NCBI GenBank assembly: GCA_964291235.2
Contig: OZ219816.1
Coordinates: forward strand, 1,472,001 to 1,536,000
Length of the DNA stretch: 64,000 nucleotides
Direction of reading: 5' to 3'
From: Vicinamibacteria bacterium
GTDB lineage: Bacteria > Acidobacteriota > Vicinamibacteria > Marinacidobacterales > Marinacidobacteraceae
The notes below the pieces were generated by a model that was not told the origin of the DNA, did not search any database, and was given only the letters and a program-made list of their open reading frames with translations. Below are positions 1 to 15,395 of this stretch, piece by piece. The translations under genes were made by a program, and so were the position numbers. The first letter of the stretch is position 1; each line of letters begins with the position of its first letter.

Positions 1-1
1 G

Positions 2-1855
2 CTGGCCCTCGACCTCGCCGACCTCCCCGGACGCGGCAGCCACAACTACATCATGGTCGCCCGGCTCGCGGACGGGGTGGGGCTCGACGCGGCCCGCGCC
101 GAGCTGCCCGTGCTCCTCGAACGCTGGCGGTCGGAATCCCAGGACACCCACGCGCCCGACCCCGAGTTCCACCCGGTCATCCTGCTGGACCTGCACGAGG
201 AGGTCGCCGGCGCACACCGGGACCGGTTGCTCGCGCTTTTCGCGCTCGCCGGGCTGCTGCTGCTCGCCGCCTGCGCCAACCTCGCGAACCTCATGCTGGG
301 ACGCGCCGAGGCGCGGCGCGGGGACTTCGCGCTGCGCGCCGCGCTCGGCGCCAGCCGCGCCGGGGCCGTGCGGCCTTTCCTCGCCGAAGGGGTGATCCTC
401 GCCGGGATTGGCGGCGCCGCCGGCGTCCTGCTGGCGCGCGCCGGGATCGGAGCGCTGCTCGCCGCCTACCCGAGCGCGATCCCGCGGATCGCGGAAATTG
501 GCATCTCCGCCCCGGTGCTGGCCTTTGCCCTCGCTTCCATCGCGATCACCGGCGCGGCCTTCGGGCTCGCGCCCGCCACCCATCTCGCCACTCCCCGGCG
601 GCAGACCCACCTGCTGCGGAGCCTCTCCGCCGGTGGGGTGCGGACCACGCCCCGCCGGCGCCTGCTCCGGCAGGGCCTGGTCGCCGTCGAGGTCGGCCTG
701 TCCGTGGTGCTGCTCGTCACCTGCCTGCTGCTCGTGCGCAGCCTCGGCGCCATCCGTCAGGTCGATCCCGGATTCGCGCCGGAAAACCTCGCCACGTTCC
801 AGACCTTCCTCCCCGATACCGACTACCCGGAAGCCGCGGATCAACTCGCCTTCCTCGAGCGGCTGCGCGCCCGGCTGACCTCCGTGCCCGGCGTCAGCTC
901 GGTCACCTACATGAGCGGGCTGCCGCCGCGGCGGCGGCTCAACGCCAACGATACGGAGATCGAAGGGATGCCGGAAGGCGAGGGGTTTCCGGTCCAGAAC
1001 ATGGATTACTGGCAGTTCGCGGGGCCCGGCTACTTCGAGACCATGGGTATCCCGCTGCTGTCGGGCCGGGGGTTCACTCCCTCCGACGACGGCGGCGCCA
1101 CCCCGGTAGCGGTCGTGAATCGGACCGCCGCGGAGCTCTTCTGGCCCGGACAGGATCCGGTCGGCCGGCGGCTCCGGCCGCCCGCTCCCGAGGTTCCGTG
1201 GTTCACGGTCGTGGGGGTGGCGAAGGACGTCAAACAGGGCGGCCTCGAGGCGGAGACCGGCACCGAGGTCTATTTCCACTATCCGCAGACGGCGGCCGCG
1301 GTGGGTTTCGCTCCCCGCACAGTGAATCTGGTCGCCCGCACGCCGCTGCCGCCCGAGACCCTGGCGCCGGCGATCCGGGAGGCCACCCACGCGCTGGATC
1401 CGGCGCTCCCGGTCGACGGCTTCCGGAGCATGGAGGCCGTGCTATCCGAGGCGGTCGCCGGACCGCGTTTCCTCGCCCTGCTGCTGATCGTGTTCGCCGC
1501 ACTCGCGATCGCGCTCGCCGCCACCGGGGCGGGAAGCGTGGTCGCGGCACTCGCCGCCGAGCGCACGTCCGAGCTGGGAGTGCGCATGGCGCTCGGCGCC
1601 ACCCGCAGAGACCTGATGCGCCTGGTGCTCGGCCAGGGGATGCGGCTCGCGGGGCTCGGACTCGCGGTCGGCGCGGCCGTCGCGGTGGCGGCGAGCCGGC
1701 TGCTCCAGAGCCTGCTCTTCGGGGTGAGCGCCACCGACGCCGGGTCCTTTTTGGCGGCCCTCGGGATCGTGCTTGCCGCCGCGGCGCTCGCCTGCGCGCT
1801 CCCCGCCCATCGCGCCGCCGGCCTCGCGCCGAGCGCCGCGCTACGCGGCGAATAG
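2..1855 (+). CDS. MacB/FtsX-like ABC permease (ADOP-type), 5'-truncated by window edge
   Basis: Frame is open from base 2. Family motifs ACANLANLML, RAALGASR, VDPGF, GRGFT, VVGVAKD, ELGVRMALGA; C-terminal PAHRAA..P..ALRGE. Confidence 0.9.
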   Translation: MALDLADLPGRGSHNYIMVARLADGVGLDAARAELPVLLERWRSESQDTHAPDPEFHPVILLDLHEEVAGAHRDRLLALFALAGLLLLAACANLANLMLGRAEARRGDFALRAALGASRAGAVRPFLAEGVILAGIGGAAGVLLARAGIGALLAAYPSAIPRIAEIGISAPVLAFALASIAITGAAFGLAPATHLATPRRQTHLLRSLSAGGVRTTPRRRLLRQGLVAVEVGLSVVLLVTCLLLVRSLGAIRQVDPGFAPENLATFQTFLPDTDYPEAADQLAFLERLRARLTSVPGVSSVTYMSGLPPRRRLNANDTEIEGMPEGEGFPVQNMDYWQFAGPGYFETMGIPLLSGRGFTPSDDGGATPVAVVNRTAAELFWPGQDPVGRRLRPPAPEVPWFTVVGVAKDVKQGGLEAETGTEVYFHYPQTAAAVGFAPRTVNLVARTPLPPETLAPAIREATHALDPALPVDGFRSMEAVLSEAVAGPRFLALLLIVFAALAIALAATGAGSVVAALAAERTSELGVRMALGATRRDLMRLVLGQGMRLAGLGLAVGAAVAVAASRLLQSLLFGVSATDAGSFLAALGIVLAAAALACALPAHRAAGLAPSAALRGE

Positions 1856-1883
1856 GCCCGCCGGGCCCGGTTCAGCCGGCCGG

Positions 1884-3272
1884 CTACACCATGGCGTCCG
1901 GTCGGACCCACGCGTCGAACTGCTCGGCGGTGAGGAGGCCGAGGGCCAGCGCCGCTTCCTTGAGCGACGTTCCGTCGGCGTAGGCCTTCTTGGCGATCTT
2001 CGCCGCGTTGTCGTAGCCGATGTGCGGGTTCAGCGCGGTGACGAGCATGAGCGAACGCTGCAGGTTGTCGCGCAGCCGCTCCGCATTCGCCTCGATGCCC
2101 ACCACGCAGCGCTCCCGGAAAGAGTCGCACCCGTCGGCGATCAGCCGGGCGCTGCCCAGGAAGTTGTGGGCGATCAGCGGCTTCATCACGTTCAACTCGA
2201 AGTTGCCCCCCGCCCCGCCGACGCCGATCGCCACGTCGTTGCCGAGGACCTGCGCCGTGGCCATCAGGAGCGCCTCGGACTGGGTCGGATTCACTTTGCC
2301 GGGCATGATCGAACTCCCGGGTTCGTTGGCGGGAATCCGGATCTCCCCGATCCCCGACCGGGGGCCGGAAGCCAGCCAGCGAATGTCGTTCGCGATCTTG
2401 TGCAGCGAGACCGCCACCGTCTTGAGGGCGCCGTGGCCCGCGACCAGAGCATCCTTCGAGGCCAGTGCCTCGAATTTATTGGGCGCGGTGACGAAATCGC
2501 AACCCGTGAGCCGGGTGAGCCAGGTAGCCGCCCGCACTCCCATTTCGGGATGGGCGTTCAGTCCGGTGCCCACCGCGGTGCCACCGAGCGCCAGTTCCCT
2601 CAGATGCGGCAGAGACCCCTCGATCCGCGCCGCGCCGTGGCCGAGTTGGGCGGCGTAGCCCGAAAATTCCTGGCCGAGGGTGAGTGGAGTGGCGTCCTGG
2701 AGATGCGTCCGTCCGATCTTCACGACCGAGCTGAAGGCTTCCGCACGCTCGGCGAGCGCCGCCCCGAGCGCGCGGACCGCGGGCAGCACCCTCTCTTCGA
2801 CGGCAAGCACCGCGGCGACGTGCATCGCGGTGGGAAACACGTCGTTCGACGACTGACCGCGGTTCACGTCGTCGTTCGGATGGATCAACCGGCCTTCGCC
2901 CCGTGAACCGCCGAGGAGTTCGCTGGCGCGGTTCGCGAGCACCTCGTTCATGTTCATGTTGGACTGGGTGCCGCTTCCGGTCTGCCAGACGAGCAGCGGG
3001 AACTCGTCGGGATGCTCTCCAGCGAGCACCTCGTCCGCCGCGGCGGCGATGGCGTCCGCCTTCTCCTCGGCCAGCCGGCCGAGGTCCCGGTTCACGAGCG
3101 CGGCCGCCTTCTTGACGAGCGCGAGCGCGGACACGATCTCGCGGGGCATCCGCTCGCCGGAAATCCGGAAGTTCTGCCGGGAACGCTCGGTCTGCGCTCC
3201 GTAGAGCCGCTCCGCGGGAACGGAGACATCCCCGAGGGTGTCCCTTTCGATTCTGGTGTTCGACTCAGTCAA
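1884..3272 (-). CDS. fumC: Class II fumarate hydratase
   Basis: [28 protein letters not shown] and the [11 protein letters not shown] signature. Probable TTG start at 3272 behind an AGGAGG RBS. The longer ORF start runs into the repeat array. Confidence 0.95.
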   Translation of the reverse strand: MTESNTRIERDTLGDVSVPAERLYGAQTERSRQNFRISGERMPREIVSALALVKKAAALVNRDLGRLAEEKADAIAAAADEVLAGEHPDEFPLLVWQTGSGTQSNMNMNEVLANRASELLGGSRGEGRLIHPNDDVNRGQSSNDVFPTAMHVAAVLAVEERVLPAVRALGAALAERAEAFSSVVKIGRTHLQDATPLTLGQEFSGYAAQLGHGAARIEGSLPHLRELALGGTAVGTGLNAHPEMGVRAATWLTRLTGCDFVTAPNKFEALASKDALVAGHGALKTVAVSLHKIANDIRWLASGPRSGIGEIRIPANEPGSSIMPGKVNPTQSEALLMATAQVLGNDVAIGVGGAGGNFELNVMKPLIAHNFLGSARLIADGCDSFRERCVVGIEANAERLRDNLQRSLMLVTALNPHIGYDNAAKIAKKAYADGTSLKEAALALGLLTAEQFDAWVRPDAMV

Positions 3273-3385
3273 CGATGCCTCCTGCCGCGGCCCGGCCGCG
3301 GCGCGCCGGAATCGTACCGTGGGGAACCGGAGCCCGGACATCGCCCCTCCCGGCCAGTTCTCCGGGTGGGGGCCGGCGCGGCGCT

Positions 3386-4144
3386 CCGTTAGCGACAGGT
3401 GCTGCCCTCCCGCCGGTTCCGTTATCGACAGGTGCTGCCCGCCGCCCAATCCGTTATCGACAGGTGCTGCCCTCCACCGAATCCGTTATCGACAGGTGCT
3501 GGCCACCGCCGAATCCGTTATCGACAGGTGGCGCCCACCACCGACTCCGTTATCGACAGGTGCTGCCCGCCGCCGAATCCGTTATCGACAGGTGCTGCCC
3601 ACCGCCGAATCCGTTATCGACAGGTGCTGCCCTCCCGCCGGTTCCGTTATCGACAGGTGCTGGCCACCGCCGACTCCGTTATCGACAGGTGCTGCCCACC
3701 GCCGAATCCGTTATCGACAGGTGCTGCCCTCCCGCCGGTTCCGTTATCGACAGGTGCTGGCCACCGCCGAATCCGTTATCGACAGGTGCTGTCCACCGCC
3801 GGTGCCGTTATCGACAGGTGCTGCCCGCCGCCGAATCCGTTATCGACAGGTGCTGGCCACCGCCGGTGCCGTTATCGACAGGTGCTGCCCGCCGCCCAAT
3901 CCGTTATCGACAGGTGCTGTCCACCGCCGGTGCCGTTATCGACAGGTGCTGGCCGCCGCCGAATCCGTTATCGACAGGTGCTGCCCGCCGCCGATTCCGT
4001 TATCGACAGGCGCTGCCCACCACCGACTCCGTTATCGACAGGTGCTTCCCACCGCCGATTCCGTTATCGGCAGGTGCTGCCCTCCCGCCGGTTCCATTAT
4101 CGACAGGTGCTGGCCACCGCCGGTGCCGTTATCGACAGGTGCTG
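3386..4144. repeat. Tandem array of 24 units of 32-33 bp: 19-bp core CCGTTATCGACAGGTGCTG plus 13-14 bp variable linker
   Basis: Cores counted by eye at 3386, 3419, 3451, 3483 ... 4094, 4126. 18 of 24 cores are perfect. Confidence 0.95.
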
Positions 4145-4195
4145 CCCCCCGGGCGGTCCCGCTGGCCGGCTCCGCTGTTTCCTGGGTCTCCCGAT

Positions 4196-6115
4196 TCAGC
4201 GGCAGGAGCCGAGGTGGCGGGAGAAGAACTCCTCCACCCGGCGGTAGAGCGCGATGCGGTTCTCCGGGTCGCGGAAGCCGTGGCCCTCCGGATAGGTGTG
4301 GGCCTCGTAGTCGATCCCGTGTTTCTCGAAGGCGGCCACCGCGAGCTCGAAGTTGAGAAAGGGCGCGCGCACGTCGCGCTCGCCGTGCTGGATCAGGACC
4401 GGCGCGGTGATGTTCCCGATACGGGCGAGCGTTTCGGTCTTGTCGTAGATCTCGGGACGTTCCTCCGGGAGTCCGCCGTGGCCGTCCACCGTAAAGACCC
4501 GTCCGAGCCGGTCCTGGTGCTCGAAGGTCTGCCGCTCGGAGTAGATCCCGGCCATCGGCGCCGCGGCGTCGAACTTGCCGGGGGTGCGGGTGATCGCCGC
4601 CATGCTCTGCATCCCGCCGTAGCTGTAGCCGTAGATGCCGACCTCGCCGCTCACGTAGGGTTGCGCTCGCAGCCAGTCGGCGGCCGATCCGGGGTCGAGT
4701 GCCTGTCCGTTCAGCCAGTCCTCGTCCCCCAGATCCTGAAACTCCCGCCCGAACCCGGAGCCGCCGCGGTAGTTCACCGCCAGCACCACGAAGCCCCGGG
4801 ACGCGAGGTACTGCTCGGTCAGATTCGGCCCCTTGAGGTAGGAGTTGGTGCCCCCGCCGTGGACCTGGACGAGTGCCGGGCAAACGGCCCCCTCTTCCGC
4901 CGCCGCCGGAAGGTAGAGAAAGCCCTGAACGTAGTGGCCGTCGAAGCTGCGGTAGGAGATCTCGCGCGGCGCGCGCACGCCGTCAAAGACGGGGGCGAGC
5001 GCGGTGAGCCGCCGGGCCGGGCCGCCTGCCGCCGAAACCGCGTAGAGCTCGCCCCCCCCGGTCGCGGACGACCGGACGAACGCGAAGCCCTCCGCCCCGG
5101 CGGTCGCGGTGACGCTTGAGAACACCCCTCCCAGGTTCGTCACCCGGGTGGCGGCGCCGCCGATCGCGGCGACCGACCACAGGTGATGCTCGCCGCGCTC
5201 CTGGTGGGTGAAAAAGAGGCGCGAACCGTCCGCCGACCAGAAAGGGCGGAAGCGGTAGGCGGTGGCGAACGACGACATGGGCACCGGCTCTTCGGGTCCG
5301 CCCGCCGGATCAAGCAGGTAGAGATCGGCGATGTCCAGGTACCAGTACTGGTCCTTTTCCACTCCCAGCACCGCGATCCGGCTCCCGTCCGGGGACCACG
5401 CCGGGGCCGTGGAGATGGCGCGCAGTGAATTCGTGAGTTGGGTCTCCTCTCCCGTTGCCACCTCGGCCAGCCAGACGTCGTCCTGCCAATAGTCCGCCTT
5501 GTTCGCCACGTAGGCGACGGTCCCGCCGTCCGGCGACCAGGAAACGCCGAAACGCACCTCGTCGGCAGTCATCGCGCCCCGGGTGAGCTGGCGAGGCTCG
5601 CCACCCATAGCGGGCACGAGCCAGACGTCCTGGCTGCCGCTCGCACGCGCCATGACGGCGATCGTTTCCCCGTCCGGGGACCAGGCGGGAGCGCGGACTC
5701 CGTCCACACCGTCGGTGAGCTGCGCCGCATCCGGATCTCCGACCGGCGTCCGGAAGAGGTTGCCCTCGCGCAGGAAGGCGATCTGCCGACTGTCGGGAGA
5801 CCAGGCCGGCGAACCTCCGGAGACCCAGTAGCGGAGCACCGGCGGCTCTTCCGTCAAGTCGAGGAGGTGCATGCCCCGACCGTCGGCGGTCTGGGCGACC
5901 GCCGCCACCCAGCGGCCGTCCGGAGAAATGGCCGCGGAGAAGACGCCGCCGCGGGCATCGCGGTAGATGTTCTCGAGCGTGAGGGGAACGGAATCGACCT
6001 CCCCGGACCCGGAGGAATCCGGAGAACCGCAACCGGCGAACACCAACGACGCCAGGAACGTCCCGAGCAGGAGTTGCGGCCCGAACCCCGAAACGGGGGA
6101 ACCTGAAGAGCGCAT
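4196..6115 (-). CDS. S9 family (prolyl oligopeptidase-like) peptidase with TolB/PD40 propeller, probable lipoprotein
   Basis: WSPDG repeats, VHGG, NYRG..GFG, nucleophile GYSYGG, HGERD and EGH catalytic motifs, lipobox VFAGC. Start at 6115 inferred. Confidence 0.9.
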   Translation of the reverse strand: MRSSGSPVSGFGPQLLLGTFLASLVFAGCGSPDSSGSGEVDSVPLTLENIYRDARGGVFSAAISPDGRWVAAVAQTADGRGMHLLDLTEEPPVLRYWVSGGSPAWSPDSRQIAFLREGNLFRTPVGDPDAAQLTDGVDGVRAPAWSPDGETIAVMARASGSQDVWLVPAMGGEPRQLTRGAMTADEVRFGVSWSPDGGTVAYVANKADYWQDDVWLAEVATGEETQLTNSLRAISTAPAWSPDGSRIAVLGVEKDQYWYLDIADLYLLDPAGGPEEPVPMSSFATAYRFRPFWSADGSRLFFTHQERGEHHLWSVAAIGGAATRVTNLGGVFSSVTATAGAEGFAFVRSSATGGGELYAVSAAGGPARRLTALAPVFDGVRAPREISYRSFDGHYVQGFLYLPAAAEEGAVCPALVQVHGGGTNSYLKGPNLTEQYLASRGFVVLAVNYRGGSGFGREFQDLGDEDWLNGQALDPGSAADWLRAQPYVSGEVGIYGYSYGGMQSMAAITRTPGKFDAAAPMAGIYSERQTFEHQDRLGRVFTVDGHGGLPEERPEIYDKTETLARIGNITAPVLIQHGERDVRAPFLNFELAVAAFEKHGIDYEAHTYPEGHGFRDPENRIALYRRVEEFFSRHLGSCR

Positions 6116-6211
6116 CGGCCTATTGTCTCCGGGGACGCGGTGCCTCGGGGGCCGTTCCGGCTCCCGGGCCGGTACCATTGGCCCCTTCGACGGGGAGAAA
6201 GAAGGCCACCC

Positions 6212-7317
6212 ATGAGAACTACCGCCCTGCCTTGCCGAATCGTCCTGGCGGCGGCCCTTTCTCTGGTCGCCGGAATGGCCGCTGCCCAGACCAGCGCCGA
6301 ACAGAGCTACTTCGTGTACGTCGCCGCCGAGTCCGACGACACCGTGGATCTGGTCCGGTTCGGCCCGGACGGCGGCGAACTCCTCCGCCGGATTCCGGTC
6401 GGAATCCTCCCGAACGAGATCGAGGGCCCGCACGGGGTCCGGGTCTCGCCCGACGGCCGGCACTGGTACGTCTCCATCGCGCACGGCATGCCCTACGGCA
6501 CCGTCCACAAGTTCGAGACCGGGACCGACCTCGAGGTGGCGGACACCACCGCCGGGCTCTTTCCCGCCACCATGGACATCAGCCCCGCGACCGGATTCCT
6601 CTTCGTCGTCAACTTCAACCTCCACGGCGACCACGTGCCGTCGAACGTCTCGGTGATCGACACCGTTTCCATGACCGAGATCGCCCAGATCAAACAGGGA
6701 GTGATGCCGCACGGATCGCGGCTGGGGACGGAGGGAATGCTGGCCTATTCGGTCGCCATGATGAGCGCGGAGCTGTTCGAGATCGACACCATGACCTTCC
6801 AGGCCAGCCGGCGGATGCGGCTCACCGGGGAGAACGAGACCACCGGGGCGGTTCTGGAGAACGACCCGCATGCGGGACACGCGATGGGTGGCGGCCCGGC
6901 CGCCAGCCCCACCTGGGTCCAGCCCGCCCCGGACGGCAAGCACGCCTACGTCGCGCTCCAGGGACTGAATCAGGTTCTTGAAGTGGATCTCGAGGCCTGG
7001 GAGCCGCGTCGCCGCTTCCATACCCAAAGGGGCCCCTACAACATCGACGTCTCCGCGGATGGGAAGCACCTGGTCGTCACCGAAAAGACGAATCATTCGG
7101 TCGGCTTCTGGGATCTCGAGGCCGGGACGGAGCGTGCCTCGATCGCGGCCTCGGCGCGCATCACCCACGGCGTGGTCATCACCCCCGACAGTCGATTCGC
7201 CATCGTGACCGTCGAGGAAATCGGCGGTGAGCCCGGCCGGGTCGAGTTCTACAACCTGGACTCACTGGACCGGGAAGCGGTGGTCGAAGTCGGGAAACAG
7301 GCCTCCGGCATCGCCTT

Positions 7318-7333
<16 letters not shown>
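6212..7333 (+). CDS. Secreted YVTN/YncE-type beta-propeller protein
   Basis: Signal peptide; PHGVRVSPDGRHWYVS, VSVIDT and HGVVITPDSR repeats. Confidence 0.85.
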
Positions 7334-13253
<5,920 letters not shown>

Positions 13254-13458
13254 TGTCCGTACCGGCGCCGCCGCCCGCGAGGGCCGCGGAACCGCGTGCC
13301 GCCGATGTCTGCCGCTCCGCAAGAACTCGGATACCCCGTGGTCCGAACCTTGCGTCGCGACGAAGCAGCGAAGGAGATTCTGATGCTTGAGCGGATGACC
13401 CACTGGACCATCCGGTCCGAGCCGAACCGACGGCGTGTCGCACCGCCACACCACCTGA

Positions 13459-13983
13459 CCTCTCCCCCTGCTCCGTCTGCTCTTCCAACAGAGCAACTGC
13501 TTCCAGGTCGTGGACCGGGCGGCCGGGCTGCGGGCGATTGACACCGAACAGCAGCTCGCCCGCGAGGGGATGTTGCAGGAAGGAAGCGGTTTCACCGCCG
13601 GACAGTTGGTCGCGGCCGATTACTCGCTGACTCCGCATCTCGTGTTCGCGGAGGACGAAGCCGGGGGTTTCCGCTGGGGAGGAGCACTCATCGGCGCTGC
13701 GATTCTCGGCCCCTTGGGTCTCCTCGCCGGAGGCGTCGATGTCGAGAACTCCGAAGCGCAGGTCGTGATGTTCCTTACCGACAACCGCTCCGGGATTCAG
13801 GTTGCCGCCGCCGAGGGCAGCGCCACGGTCTCCGATTGGGGATTCCTGGGATTCGGTAGCGGTGATGATGGGTTGAGCGGCGCGATGGGTTGGGCGAATA
13901 CGAACACCGGGAAAGTCGTCGCGGCCGCCCTGGTGGACGGCCTGAACAAGATCGTGCAGATCGTTCGGGAACAGACACCGTAG
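13459..13983 (+). pseudogene. CsgG/HfaB-family protein remnant lacking an intact 5' end
   Basis: Frame reads PLPLLRLLFQQSNCFQVVDR...GQLVAADY..TP...IQVAAAEGSA...NTNTGKVVAAAL. In-frame TGA at 13456; no signal peptide recognisable upstream. Confidence 0.6.
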
Positions 13984-14132
13984 GACCAGGAGCAGTCCCC
14001 CCTCTCCGCCAAGCTCCGTCGCCGCTCACCGGCGCGGTTCCGTTGCCCGGGGCCCTCGCTGAGCAGCCCATTGTCGCCCGGGTCGCTCCGTCCCCACCCA
14101 GGCGTTACCGGGTGCGGTGGAAGAATGCTCCG

Positions 14133-14819
14133 GTGAGTCTTCATTCGGTCCGGCGCCACCTCCGGGTTGAGGTTGATGCCTACGACGAGGCCATCCGGCA
14201 GTTCATTCCGGGCTACGAGGCGATGCTTGATGCGGCGGCCGCCGAGATCGCGCGGGTGCGGCCGGGACTGGTCCTCGACCTGGGCGGCGGCACCGGCGCA
14301 CTCTCCGAAGCCATCCTCCGCGCCGCGCCGCACGCCGCCGTCGAACTGGTCGACGTAGACGGCGCCATGCTCGCCAGGGCGCGGGAACGCCTCGTCGGTT
14401 TCGGTAGCCGAGCGCGGTTCCGCGAGGCGTCCTTCGGCGATCCGCTACCGGACGCCGACGCGGTCGCCGCGTCGCTCGCACTCCATCATGTCCCCACGAT
14501 GAAGGAGAAGCGGGGGCTCTTCGCACGGGTTCACGACTGCCTCCGCCCCGGCGGCGTCTTCGTGAACGCCGACGCCACCCTGCCGGCGGAACCCGAATCC
14601 CGCGACGCCACCTGGCGGGCCTGGGCCGCTCACCTCGTCTCGTGCGGGATTCCGGAAAAGCGCGCCTACCGGCACTTCACCGAATGGCAGGAAGAGGACA
14701 CCTACTTTCCGCCGGAAGAGGAAGCCGCGGCGATGTCCGCCGCCGGATTCGACGTGACGGCCGTCTGGAGTAACGGACCCATGGTGGTCGCGGTGGGGAA
14801 GCGCCCCGTTCCCGGCTAA
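14133..14819 (+). CDS. Class I SAM-dependent methyltransferase
   Basis: YDEAIRQFIPGY, VLDLGGGTG, SLALHH, LRPGGVFVNAD. GTG start inferred. Confidence 0.88.
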   Translation: MSLHSVRRHLRVEVDAYDEAIRQFIPGYEAMLDAAAAEIARVRPGLVLDLGGGTGALSEAILRAAPHAAVELVDVDGAMLARARERLVGFGSRARFREASFGDPLPDADAVAASLALHHVPTMKEKRGLFARVHDCLRPGGVFVNADATLPAEPESRDATWRAWAAHLVSCGIPEKRAYRHFTEWQEEDTYFPPEEEAAAMSAAGFDVTAVWSNGPMVVAVGKRPVPG

Positions 14820-14862
14820 CCCCCGAGCACCACCCGCGCCACCACCTCCATCCCGGACCCGA
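14816..14862 (-). repeat. Degenerate copy of the DUF819 gene 3' end (direct repeat of 30788-30834)
   Basis: 39/47 nt identical by manual alignment. Translates GSGMEVVARVVLGG* versus GFGMGVLARTLLGG*. Confidence 0.75.
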
Positions 14863-15054
14863 CATCTTCGCTGACCCGGTGCTGCAACCGATCCTCTTGC
14901 GGAGCCGCGTTCACCGCTGCACCGTTCGTCGTGGCCATCCCGGCCGGAACGCCCGAAACGACCTCCCGGGAGGGCTCGTCAACCGGGGTGATTCCCACCG
15001 CACCGCGAAACCGGTCCCTTCCGGGTGGCCGCTGTCGCGGCGCCCGCGGAACGC

Positions 15055-15260
15055 CAAGAGCACCAACACAGAACTTATCGATTCGGTTATCACACTGTAA
15101 TCAAGAATATACAAGTAGTCATTGAAATATCACCGTTCGTTCCGACAATCTATTCCATGTGAAGGATTCGCACCGCACAGTGTCCCCGAGTGTCGCGCTT
15201 CGGACCGCACTTAGGGAAATATCGAACGCGGATGTGATTGGCGATGGATTCTGAACCCTG
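15055..15260. promoter_or_regulatory. AT-rich region, probable promoter of the MalT-like regulator pair
   Basis: Sharp local drop in GC (e.g. TTATCACACTGTAATCAAGAATATACAAGTAGTCATTGAAATATC) upstream of the CDS. Exact boxes not resolved. Confidence 0.45.
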
Positions 15261-15395
15261 TTGCTTTGCGCCGCTTGGCGGCGATTCGTTCAAACCAGCT
15301 CCGGTAGCAGCCGGCGAGCTTTCCCGGTGCGGGCATCGGCCCTCACCGTGCCCGCTCACCGGCTGCCTGATGTACATGGTCCCTGCGAGTTCAGC

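Noticed and set aside
3273-3449. N-terminal extension of FumC
   Set aside because: It is derived from repeat and leader DNA; the RBS and homology start at 3272.
3386-4144. CRISPR or TIGR-type guide array
   Set aside because: Linkers are only 13-14 bp, mutually similar and reused, so they are not unique spacers. No cas or tas-like gene is in the window.
3238-5119. Long + strand ORFs over the array (372, 614 and 282 aa)
   Set aside because: The unit has no + strand stop in any frame, so all three frames give the same permuted peptide. The ORFs also run antisense into real genes.
6116-7168. 990-aa version of the S9 peptidase
   Set aside because: The extra part is the antisense shadow of the YVTN propeller gene.
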